Assembly: GCA_950097015.1 (NCBI GenBank)
Contig: CATNEN010000003.1
Span: 6,758,001 to 6,822,000 of the forward strand
DNA from: Macrostomum hystrix
Lineage: Eukaryota > Animalia > Platyhelminthes
Length of the DNA stretch: 64,000 nucleotides
Direction: 5' to 3'
The notes beneath the pieces were generated by a model that saw only the letters and a program-made list of their open reading frames with translations, was not told where the DNA came from and ran no database searches. This document shows positions 37,115-48,645 of the stretch, piece after piece; the stretch's first letter is position 1; the number at the start of each line of letters is the position of its first letter. A program made the translations under genes and the position numbers.

Positions 37115-37590
37115 AGGGATAGAGGGGAGAGAGGGGGAGAGGGAGAAAGGGGGGAAGGGAGAGAGGGTGAGAGGGAGAACCGGAGAGAGGGGGGAGGGAG
37201 AACCGGAGAGAGGGGGGAGGGAGAACCGGAGAGAGGGGGGAGGGAGAACCGGAGAGAGGGGGAGGGAGAACCGGAGAGAGGGGGAGAGGGAGAAAGGGGG
37301 GAAGGGAGAGAGGGTGAGAGGGAGAACCGGAGACAGGGGGGAGGGAGAACAGGAGAGAGGGGGGAGGGAGAACCGGAGAGAGGGGGGAGGGAGAACAGGA
37401 GAGAGGGGGGAGGGAGAACCGGAGAGAGGGGGGAGGGAGAACCGGAGAGAGGGGGGAGGGAGAAAGGGGGGAAGGGAGAGAGGGTGAGAGGGAGAACCGG
37501 AGAGAGGGGGGAGGGAGAACAGGAGAGAGGGGGGAGGGAGAAACGGAGAGAGGGGGGAGGGAGAAACGGAGAGAGGGGGAGAGAGAAATG
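37115..37590. repeat. Polypurine minisatellite, ~23-bp unit ggagagaggggggagggagaacc
   Basis: Almost pure G/A strand with multiple G-runs, ~480 bp upstream of the FoxL1 ATG. Confidence 0.93.
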
Positions 37591-37837
37591 AGATGGAGAT
37601 GGAAAGTAGGCGAGATGGGACGTAAGTTTGCTGTCGAAAATGGGAGAAAGCGATTGTCATTAAAAGGAATGAATACTTTAGTGACGTGCTTCCGAATTAA
37701 TAATTAGGTTTGAATCATATTTACAACCTGATGCTGACTAGATAAAAAGAAAAAAATTGGCTAGTTCCGCTTATTTTTTCTGGATGTCTTTTTGGTCGGT
37801 GGCCCAACCCTCCCCCCAGTCCATTGCCGGCGGGCAT

Positions 37838-37880
37838 TGACCAATAGCGGACCGCCAGCTGGATTTGGACAGCCAATAGG
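37838..37880 (+). promoter_or_regulatory. Paired CCAAT boxes upstream of FoxL1
   Basis: tgaCCAATagc and agCCAATagg ~32 bp apart in a GC-rich block ~200 bp before the ATG. Confidence 0.4.
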
Positions 37881-38064
37881 AAATCGAGATTGGAAGCGAT
37901 TAGCGAGAGAGCGAACGGGAGAGAGAAAGTGGTTCCAAGCGAGGCAACCCCCTTGAAAAGCCTCCGCCATTCGCTTTTTATTTAGAAACAAATTAGAGCA
38001 AGACAAAACCTGCGAACCATTGACGCCGATTTTTAAAGCTTTCGAGAATTTCAGAAAAATCAAA

Positions 38065-38356
38065 ATGGATCCGCTATTTGGCTTTTCCACCGCTTCTTAC
38101 TTGAGTCATCACCAGCAACAGCAGCAGCAGCAGCAACAGCAGCAGCATCAAATTGGAGCTGTTATAAGCGATCCGATGACTAGCTATTATCGGGCACTGC
38201 AGGTGGCTGCAGCACACGGCGATCTTGAATCGACCGTCGGGCACTGCGGCATCGGCTCTGCCGGACTAGAAGCCTCGCCGAAGCCCCCGTATTCTTACAT
38301 AGCTCTGATTGCCATGGCTATTAAAAGTGCGCCGGATAGAAAGATAACGCTCAATG
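38065..38356 (+). CDS. foxL1: Forkhead box L1-like transcription factor, exon 1
   Basis: ATG in aaaATG context, polyQ tract, and forkhead start KPPYSYIALIAMAI...KITLN. Donor G|GTGAGT (phase 1). Confidence 0.88.
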
Positions 38357-38384
38357 GTGAGTTGAAATATCGTGTTCTTTATCG

Positions 38385-38945
38385 TCAGGATGTCAGGATG
38401 GGCACTAGGAGGGTGTCAGGATTGACATCTGAGGTGTCAGGATCGACATCTGAGGTGTCAGGATCGACATCTGAGGTGTCAGGATCGACATCTGAGGTGT
38501 CAGGATCGACATCTGAGGTGTCAGGATCGACACTAGGAGGGTGTCAGGATAGACATCTGAGGTGTCAGGATCGACATCTGAGGTGTCAGGATCGACACTA
38601 GGAGGGTGTCAGGATCGACACTAGGAGGGTGTCAGGATAGACACTAGGAGGGTGTCAGGATAGACACTAGGAGGGTGTCAGGATTGACACTAGGAGGGTG
38701 TCAGGATCGACATTTGAGGTGTCAGGATCGACATTTGAGGTGTCAGGATCGACATTTGAGGTGTCAAGATAGACGATTCAAGTGTCAGGATAGACACTAG
38801 GAGGGTGTCAGGATTGACATTTGAGGTGTCAGGATCGACATTTGAGGTGTCAGGATCGACATCTGAGGTGTCAGGATCGACATTTGAGGTGTCAAGATAG
38901 GCTATTCAAGTGTCAGGATAGCCTCTTGAGGTGTCAGGATTGAAG
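38385..38945. repeat. Minisatellite, 21/23-bp units gaggtgtcaggatcgacatct / ggagggtgtcaggatcgacacta, in FoxL1 intron
   Basis: Tandem array starting ~30-50 bp after the donor. Confidence 0.94.
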
Positions 38946-39870
38946 CTAAGGCCTAAGTTTTGAATCTAGCTAACAAAAACAGCACACGACATGAAGGGCT
39001 GATGGAGATGATTAGATACAAGGTCACTGCTAATAGTTATTTCTGTATCGCAAAACTTAGTCATAACATATAATCGAATTTCGTTTCGATATCATTGTAT
39101 ACATTCCGCTTTGATTTTGAATTAGCCGGGAGGTTTTTTGTCAATTTTTTTGTCATTGCGTCTCTCCCGATCGTGACTCCTGGCACGGAGCCTCGGGGTT
39201 CTCGAAGTTCTGATGGCGGAGGGGTTGGTGCTTTTGGGCAGGATAATTTCTGTCAACATTTCTTTCCTATAAACGTCAGTGCCAGTACCTGTGACTTTTG
39301 GATATAAACATAATCCAGGTTTGGGATTAGATGCTGCATGGGATATTTTATCCGCAAAAAACTCCCACTGCGTGCTGATGCAGCCGACAACACGGCTGTA
39401 GGAGAACAATTATAGGTCTTTTTGGGTGATGAATCGACATGTTTATCCCACAGGAAACTATTTTGCTTACACGCTAGTAAATACATTTAACGGAGGAGGT
39501 TGGGAATGCAATACAAATCTATCTGTATAATTCACCTGTCTATCTTTCCCCATCCCTGTAAAACCGCGGTGCAGCACTTGAACCGACCGCACGGGGTCCC
39601 GTCGGCAGTTTCTTGACATTGCTTTTAATCCGAATTATTTTTTTCTTCCATTTCGAGCAAAATCACGATTCTGCTGAGGAATTAGTTCCTTTTCAAGAGC
39701 GAATTTTTATCAGGCCCATATATTAAACTCTAGCCATGATTGCGCTATTTAGATCTTACAGATGATATTTAAACAGTCAAGTCAACAGTCATGTATACAG
39801 GATCAAGTGTAATAAAGACCTGCACTCGAAATCACATTTAAAATAGATAAAAATCTAACTGTACCATCAT

Positions 39871-40201
39871 GAGGTGAGTTGTCGAGCGGTCAAATGCGTT
39901 TGCCTCTCGCACCAAGGTCCTGAGCTCGATTCCGCGGCGAGGCTGCACATTCATTTGGGACGCAGCCGTGGAGAGAAGGCTTGGGGGCTTGTTGTGCAAT
40001 TTACACCCTTGAGGTCCAATCTCCAAGGCACAGTGAGAGTGTACACTGCCTGACGATGAGAAAGCCACGATGAGATGTACACATCTGTGTCTGTGCTCGG
40101 GATACAGCGAATTGGGCAGAATTGCCTCCTCACTGACTGCAGGTATAGTGTCACCAAATAATGTGACATTGCCCGCAGCCCTCCTGCAATTATTATTATT
40201 A
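39871..40201 (+). mobile_element. tRNA-derived SINE family B, in FoxL1 intron
   Basis: tRNA-like head with B box gctcgattcc and (ATT)n tail. Degenerate TSD taactgtaccatca / taaatgtgccatca. Homologous to the copies at 57545 and 57840. Confidence 0.85.
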
Positions 40202-40273
40202 GTAAATGTGCCATCAATTACCAAGGCACAACGAGCAAGTTAAAGCATCACATTCCCAATGCTCCACCCTCAG

Positions 40274-41367
40274 GCATCTACCAGTTCATCATGGACCATT
40301 TTCCCTACTATCACGAGAACAAGCAGGGCTGGCAGAACAGCATTCGCCACAATCTCTCACTTAACGAGTGCTTCGTGAAGGTTCAACGCGACAAAGGCCG
40401 TCCAGGCAAGGGCAACTTCTGGACTTTGGCTGACAACTGCGAGGAGATGTTTGAGAACGGCAACTACAGGCGTCGGAAAAGGCGACCGAAGGCCGCTGAG
40501 GCTGCGGGGTCGAGCGGCGCCGCTTCAACTGCGCAAGCTGACGATCAGCACGATGTCGACCCGGATGTTGACGAAGATTTTGACCCTGAAGAGCATGCTG
40601 ATGTAATGAAGCGTGCTCGCCTGTACAATCACCTTCCGACGACGTTGGCACTACCGCTTCATCATCAGCCGCCACCGCCGCCGCCGCAGCCGCCGTTGCC
40701 ACCGCAGCTTGCGAGCCAGAATTCACGGAACAGCGGTTTCAGAATCGACGACCTGATATCAGCCGCGGCAGCTCCCTGCGTGTCAAGTCCGCAGTACAAA
40801 CTGCCTGCCTACCAGATGGCTTCATGCAGCCCGACTGGTTCGGATTCTCGAGTTGAAACTGCAGGCGATGGTGTCAGCAGGTCGGCCAGACAGAGGGTCT
40901 ATGACAATATCCCAAGCCCGCCGCCTCGGCTAAACAAGGAATCCGGGGCGCCGGCAGTCACCGCGGTGACCTCTGCTGCCGCCGCCGCCGCCGCCGCAGC
41001 AGCCGCCTTCGCCAATCGAGGAATCGGAGTGACGTCACTTTTGCCGCAGCATCCGCTGCTGTTTCCAAACCCGGCCACTGGCATGGGCCGTCAGCAACAG
41101 TCGTCACCGCTGCCATTGCAGACGCTGCCTCCGCCGTTTGACTTCGGAGGCAGTCTGGGCATGTACAGTCCGTATGCCACTCTGGCCTTCTGGGTGAACC
41201 AACTGCGAAGCAACTCTGGCGCTCTGGCAATTCCTCCGCTGATGCCGCCTCTGCCGCTGCCACACCCGCAGCAGCAGCAGCAGCAGGACTTACCAACAGA
41301 GCAGGGCGCGGAAGAGGCCTCAGCAACCGATTCGCAAAGCGCATCGCCTTCACTGAAGCGAGAGTGA
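40274..41367 (+). CDS. foxL1: FoxL1-like, exon 2
   Basis: Acceptor ctcag|GC. Encodes [47 protein letters not shown]...[15 protein letters not shown], which is FoxL1-like. Also an eh1-like motif FRIDDLI. Confidence 0.9.
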
Positions 41368-42762
41368 CTTGACTGAAACAGCTATCATTGTCATTGCTCC
41401 AATCCAATTATTGTTTCAGTTAGGCTAACTGCTATTTGTATAAAGGAATGTTTCTCGTCTAAGATGTAAAATGCTACATTTTAATGCTCTTTTTCTATGT
41501 TTTGACGTTGCTTAGGCAAAATTAGTTTAAAAAGAATTCCAAACACTCTAAGCACCATCAATGTTTAATTATTTCTCGCAGAATAGTTTTTTGTTTAGAT
41601 GTTTAAAATCTTTAAACATGGTCCTGGTCATGGTAGAAATTTTCAAGGATTTCAAAATTAAACATGACTAATTAAATGATGTGTTAGATTCTGCGAATAA
41701 CAATAAACGCTGGTTAACTAATTGATATAAAAAATGTTTAGAAATGCAGTCACAGTTTGTTAATCTATTCAAGATTATCTTGTTTTTATAAACTGGCTAT
41801 ATTCTGAACATGCTTTACTCATATTGTTGAAACAAGTCAAAGTTACATGTTTTTAAGTACACACTACATTACATTGTTTAGTTATTCACTAAATAAATAT
41901 ATTTTTTAGTTTCATGCAGTTAGCTGTTTTGTTTAACTACTACGCCTAAATCCTTCTGAGTTGTCATGTCCATTCTTACATGTGGCAAATCAAAGTTTTG
42001 TTAAAATCATAAGTATATGCGTAGAAAATCAAATGCATCAGATTTAACAGACAGTGCTTCTGTTGTACCTGTTTATGTACATTATTATAATATCCTATCT
42101 TTGTTTAAATTGTTCAATCATTTTCTGCATCTTTTTAATGTTTTTTCTGCTTACTTTAATATTCAATAAATGTTACTTTATAGTCGAAATGAATTTAAAT
42201 TATAAACTTTATGTAAGTATATAAGATAATCACATATAGAGTAAGCATTGTAAATCATCAACAAAATGGTCAGCTAAATAGCCTGTTTGGGACTTTTTAA
42301 TTGCCTATTGTGAAGATAGAAATCAACGATACATCACTAATTATTGCTTTATTTTATAACAAAAGTTTGCGCAAAAGCCAAGCTTATAAATAATTTAACA
42401 TTAAATTTATAGAATTTCTATTGCGGTTGCACATTGTTGGACATTGTTTAAGGATATGCGATGTAAGCAAAACAAATGTCTAATTATGGGACATTAAGTC
42501 TGATATTAGAAAATAACCTTGGTTGTATTATCACTGTGTAGCCGTAACCGTTGACTTGGCTACTTTTAACGATCTTAGAAAAGTAACGAATAAAATATTT
42601 ATGAAAGCCTGGGGAATTACAAAAACAGTTCTTAAAATGATAGTCAAAGTACTGAGGAATATTGTAATGATTATTGCAACGAGGGCTTTTGTAAACAATG
42701 CGATTCATAAATGGAAGCTATGTGTAACGAAGAAAATTAATGTTACTGTCAAAATTTAATTT

Positions 42763-44540
42763 GACAGCTTCTGTAAGTGTGTAATTCAACAGGAGAGGTT
42801 GTAGCCTAGTGGTTAAGGCGTCGGACTCACGACTTGAAGGTCGGGGGTTCGATTCCCGACTCCACTGGAACAATTTGCGTCCTTTAGCAAGACACTTAAC
42901 TCTGCATTGCTTCAGTTCACCCAGCTGTTAAATGGGTACCAGCATCAGCTGGGATAATTGAAGGTGGGTGTGGCGTCCCCCCAGTCCATGGACTGAACAG
43001 CTGTACGCAGCCTTCAGATGCGCCGCGCATTAGCTGCGGCTGTGCTGTCGGCTGCACATCTGACCCAATTGGGGCAGGTGTAATCAATTATTATTATTAT
43101 TATTAATTATTATTATTATTATTAATTCAACAGCTTCTGTAAGTGTGTAATTCAACAGCTTCTGTAAGTATGTAATTCAACAGCTTCTGTAAGTGTGTAA
43201 TTCAACAGCTTCTGTAAGTGTGTAATTCAACAGCTTCTGTAAGTGTGTAATTCAGCAGCTTCTGTAAGTGTGTAATTCAACAGCTTCTGTAAGTGTGTAA
43301 TTCAACAACTTCTGTAAATGTGTAATTCAACAGCTTCTGTAAGTATGTAATTCAACAGCTTCTGTAAGTGTGTAATTCAACAGCTTCTGTAAGTGTGTAA
43401 TTCAACAGCTTCTGTAAGTGTGTAATTCAGCAGCTTCTGTAAGTGTGTAATTCAACAGCTTCTGTAAGTCTGTAATTTAACAGCTTCTGTAAGTGTGTAA
43501 TTCAACAGCTTCTGTAAGTGTGTAATTCAACAGCTTCTGTAAGTGTGTAATTCAACAGCTTCTGTAAGTGTGTAATTCAACAGCTTCTGTAAGTGTGTAA
43601 TTCAGCAGCTTCTGTAAGTGTGTAATTCAACAGCTTCTGTAAGTGTGTAATTCAACAACTTCTGTAAATGTGTAATTCAACAGCTTCTGTAAGTATGTAA
43701 TTCAACAGCTTCTGTAAGTGTGTAATTCAACAGCTTCTGTAAGTGTGTAATTCAACAGCTTCTGTAAGTGTGTAATTCAGCAGCTTCTGTAAGTGTGTAA
43801 TTCAACAGCTTCTGTAAGTGTGTAATTCAACAACTTCTGTAAATGTGTAATTCAACAGCTTCTGTAAGTCTGTTATTCAACAGCTTCTGTAAGTGTGTAG
43901 TTCAACAGCTTCTGTAAGTGTGTAATTCAACAGCTTCTGTAAGTCTGTAATTTAACAGCTTCTGTAAGTCTGTAATTCAACAGCTTCTGTAAGTGTGTAA
44001 TTCAACAGCTTCTGTAAGTGTGTTATTCAACAGCTTCTGTAAGTCTGTTATTCAACAGCTTCTGTAAGTGTGTAATTCAACAGCTTCTGTAAGTGTGTAA
44101 TTCAACAGCTTCTGTAAGTGTAATTCAACAGCTTCTGTAAGTCTGTAATTTAACAGCTTCTGTAAGTCTGTAATTCAACAGCTTCTGTAAGTGTGTAATT
44201 CAACAGCTTCTGTAAGTCTGTAATTTAACAGCTTCTGTAAGTCTGTTATTCTACAGCTTCTGTAAGTGTGTAATTCAACAGCTTCTGTAAGTATGTAATT
44301 CAACAGCTTCTGTAAGTCTGTAATTCAACAGCTTCTGTAAGTCTGTTATTCTACAGCTTCTGTAAGTGTGTAATTCAACAGCTTCTGTAAGTCTGTAATT
44401 CAACAGCTTCTGTAAGTGTGTAATTCAACAGCTTCTGTAAGTGTGTAATTCAACAGCTTCTGTAAGTCTGTAATTTAACAGCTTCTGTAAGTCTGTAATT
44501 CAACAGCTTCTGTAAGTGTGTTAGTCAACAGCTTCTGTAA
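42763..44540. repeat. Minisatellite, 25-bp unit ttcaacagcttctgtaagtgtgtaa, interrupted by a SINE after the first unit
   Basis: About 57 copies, with one unit left of the SINE. Confidence 0.96.
42793..43122 (+). mobile_element. tRNA-derived CORE-SINE family A, full length
   Basis: A box tagcctagtgg, B box ggttcgattcc, a MIR-CORE-like block and an (ATT)n tail. 11-bp TSD taattcaacag (42782-42792 and 43123-43133). Confidence 0.93.
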
Positions 44541-46224
44541 TTCCATAATTAAACAGATTCAAGACGAGGTTGATGAGGCATCATAAATTAAATAAAGAGT
44601 TAAACACGAAAGCAACTGACCGGCCGTTCCCAAAGCCGTTGACTCCCATAACACAGTGGAGTGTTTACGCGAGCATTGGTTTACACAGATGGCACAGCCG
44701 CTCACACACAGACACAGAGCCGAGTGACACGCCGAGAGACCGAATCAACAACACCTTCAGTTTGCCCCCCCCTATGTGAAATATTTGGCATCAAGTGAAA
44801 AAATTCACTTTTTAGACAGAAGGCATTAAACAAACACGTTTTAGCTTTGGTTAATGCGTGCAGCGTATATAGAAGGGCCAAGGCATGTCTTTGTGTGTTT
44901 GTAATGTGTAATAGTGTAAGAGTGTAAATATACAATTATAGTGGACTGAACCAATTGTAAATGCAAGTTTGGCTTTAGTTGACAGGGGTTCGAAAACTGT
45001 GGGTGTATATTGTGTGATTAGATAAGAACAGGAAGAATGGGAGATGAGAGATGAGAGATTAGGAGAATTAAGGTGAAGAAAGGGAGAGAGAAAGTAATCT
45101 GAATTGTCTGCTTTCTGTTGTGAAGCAACGAGATTGCAGATTAATTCTTAGCTTTGTTTCAATGCTAAATCGAAAGTTGTAGCACTGGATGTGATCATTA
45201 TTTTTATAACAAATGAAATATATATTTTAACCAGTATGGACAGTAAACACAACTGAAAGTGAGCAGAGTCTAGTTGACTGAGCTCAAACGGAGGATCCTG
45301 AGCAGATGGTTTAGGCCTAACACCTGCTCCTTGCCGAGCATCACCAATGACCTCCGACTTAACAACTGTTCCATTGTAGTGTGAAGTCAGCACAGCCACG
45401 CCCCATGCAGTCTCATTCTACTCAAAGTCTACTATACTCATTGTCTACTATGGTTCTCGCTCCAGTTGTGTACACAAATTTCGCACAACAACAAACATTG
45501 AAAGACAATTCACTGGAAAGAGCGGCACGTTTAGTTTAAACGATGGATTTTCAACGCCTGGGCTAGTTAAAGCGTGCTCAAGTGTTTTAGCTATGTCAAT
45601 TTATCAAGCAACCGAGCATAGACTCACACAAATATAGAGAATCACTATAAGCCTTTGAGCATGCTCTTAGTTGAATCGTGTTGAAAATGCTGCTCATAAT
45701 TCATAATTGTAAAGTTTGCAGAAGGTCCTATTACAAGGTTCTGTTGCGCTTCGGGCCTGTCTGTTGTCACTTGTCTTGTCTCCCATTCACTCACACCCCG
45801 TCACCTTAAATATCGTTTGCCTTTTCCATTCGCTCTCTCCCTCTCTCTCTTTCTCTCTCTCTAAGAGTATGACTATTTCGAAAAAAAGTGAATTCTAAAG
45901 TTTAGAAAAAGAATTCGATTCGTGTAAAATGAAAAAACACAGGAGGTGAGATATCAGTTTACAGCGATACCACCGTCACTCTCGCAGTCACCTTTCACTG
46001 TCACGTTCCCCCCCCCCCCCAAATTTCATATACACATAATATTTTCTCTTCGGACAAAGAGATTGGGCCCCAATTTCAGTTGTGGGGCCAGCAGGAGATT
46101 AAAGCAGCCATTGTTTGCTTCCAGAAGCAAGGTAAAGCGGACGTTAGTAAGTTGCTTGACTTTTTACACAGTAAAATCTTTTTAGAATATGGTTTTTGAA
46201 ATAGTAGAATTGTTGATTGGAAAG

Positions 46225-46570
46225 GTGGAGAGTGGAGTAGACAATAGATTGCAATGGTAGACATTGGAGTAGAGAGTAGATTAGAATGGTAGACACTGGA
46301 GTAGACAGTAGATTAGAATGGTAGACACTGGAGAAGACAGTAGATTAGAATGGTAGACACTGGAGTAGACAGTAGATTAGAATGGTAGACACTGGAGTAG
46401 ACAGTAGATTAGAATGGTAGACACTGGAGAAGACAGTAGATTAGAATGGTAGACACTGGAGAAGACAGTAGATTAGAATGGTAGACACTGGAGAAGACAG
46501 TAGATTAGAATGGTAGACACTGGAGTAGACAGTAGATTAGAATGGTAGACATTGGAGTAGACAGTAGATT
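46225..46570. repeat. Minisatellite, 32-bp unit tggagtagacagtagattagaatggtagacac
   Basis: About 10 copies. Confidence 0.93.
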
Positions 46571-47380
46571 GGGTGTAGAGATAGAGGAACGTATAACATT
46601 AGAAGCGTGGCAACTTGTGCGTAACTTAAGAATTTCAGAAACTCTATAGATAATTTCTTTGGGTAAAAATAGACAAAGATTTAAGTTATATCATGCATGC
46701 AACATCAGTAAAGCTGCAAACACTTGCGCAAAGTGTTGGATAAAACTTATCTGATGCAGTAATATTTGTATAGCAGATTTTTCAATATTGTCAAATACAT
46801 AGCTACAGATGCTCACCCACGCATATTTTAAACAGTTTATATTAATTCCGGCGTAGAAAAACAGATATTTTTTAAACTGGCACAGTAAGCCCAAGGTTTT
46901 GTCTTCAACAACAACTCGGTGGATCTGCAGGTGGGTTGGTATTGGCTAGTTGACGACTGTAATCAGATTGAAACTTTTCACTATACAACTTCATACAGTC
47001 GCTGAATATCAAGTAGATTTAGACATTGTAAAAAATATAGCACTGCACGTACGATAATTTGCGGATGTTGTTAAAATGGTTTATATTCAAAATGCTTTGG
47101 TGCATATTGGTAGCACATTTCATAGCTATGATGTAGCTGTATTGCCGTTCAACTGATTAATAAAGCCAAAAGTTAATGAGCAAACTATAATTGTTCGACA
47201 AATTAATGGATTGGAATGTCTGAATCAACCGTTGAAGGTTTAACAAAATTCGTAGCTTAACAATTTGAAATCCGCGTTTTAAATTGGAAAACTTACTTAT
47301 AAATATTAGTTATAAATGACCTTAGTAGCATTCATTAAATGAATTTGGTACATCTAGCAATCTACCAATGCACTACCAGT

Positions 47381-47521
47381 ATATCTATCTATCTATCAAT
47401 CTATCAATCTATCAATCTATCAATCTATCAATCAATCTATCTATCTATCTATCTATCAATCTATCCATCTATCTATCAATCAATCAATCTATCTATCAAT
47501 CAATCAATCTATCTATCTATC

Positions 47522-47552
<31 letters not shown>

Positions 47553-47559
47553 CTATCTA
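47381..47559. repeat. (TCTA)n/(TCAA)n microsatellite
   Basis: Tetranucleotide runs. Confidence 0.93.
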
Positions 47560-48645
47560 CTGTATGCGCTATCCCGAATTTCTAAAAGTGCAATGGCTAG
47601 CAACAGTTAAATTTTCTGTTTACTTCAGCGTCTGAAGTTGGTGTTCTATTTGACAAAGCAGTTTACAAGCTATCTCTGGCATCTGTTGAACTGAATGTTC
47701 CGACTTTCTACATTGAACTGAAGTGTCTTCCATTTCTGCAATTGAAAACAGGTAGCTAATTAGGGATTATTTATTCAAAAGACGACAAACACTTGCACTG
47801 AATACTTAGGGAGACTTGTAGGTGAAGCATTGCGCATGGGCTTTGAAATTATTTTCCGATCAAAACTTTATATTTTAGTTTCGCACTAGAGACTAAAATA
47901 ATTTGACAGGTTAAAATAAATTGTTCAGATAAGAATCTAATTTCCAACCGAATCCAATTACCTGCTCGGCTACTTTAAGTACGAGTAAATATGCTTCGCT
48001 TTATAGTATTTTAAGCCAGAAATATTTCCTCGTCTTTTAAACTAAAATTAAGGCACTAAAATTAATTTTCTTGTTTTATTGTGTGAACTGTGGCTTGAAA
48101 GTACGAGCATTTTCGTAGCATTTATTGGATAATGAAAGGTTAATGTGACAATATTTCTGTATTATAATTTCATAAGTCTATCAACTAGTCATTGTAATTA
48201 AAGCTCATCTTAACATTTAATAAGGAGATATTATTGTGTAACATACCGGGGGGTAAGCAATTGCAACCCACAATCAGCTGATCTTGCTTAAAAAGCAACA
48301 CTCGTGGATTGCAATTTGTTCGACATTTTCAAAAGTAGACCACCGGTGGTGATTCAAATGCCCACACATTTCTATTTTGCTTCTCCCTAAAAATTCCAAC
48401 AATCGCCATGAAAGCAATCTTAAGTTGTTCTTGTCATCAGGATCTTCGACAAGAATCGCTGATTATATCGACGATGCTACGTCGGACAGCTTTGAAAGTG
48501 AATTTATCGTAAATGGCGGAAAATTTCGCTTCTCGTGGTGGATTTTCACGAAAATCGGTCATTCGATCGCGAAGTAGCCAGTTGGCATTTGAATCACCAC
48601 AGTGCATGGTCTACTGTTAATTTGATTAATTTTCAGCTCTAAACT

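Noticed and set aside
39122-39409. Possible Tc1-like transposase relic (YRKEMLTEIILP) in the FoxL1 intron
   Set aside because: No catalytic motifs or TIRs are discernible; the similarity is too weak by eye.
42793-42866. tRNA gene calls at SINE heads (also 25620-25690, 39871, 57545 and a B-box fragment at 22828-22850)
   Set aside because: The heads continue into shared SINE bodies with (ATT)n tails and lack a proper acceptor stem.
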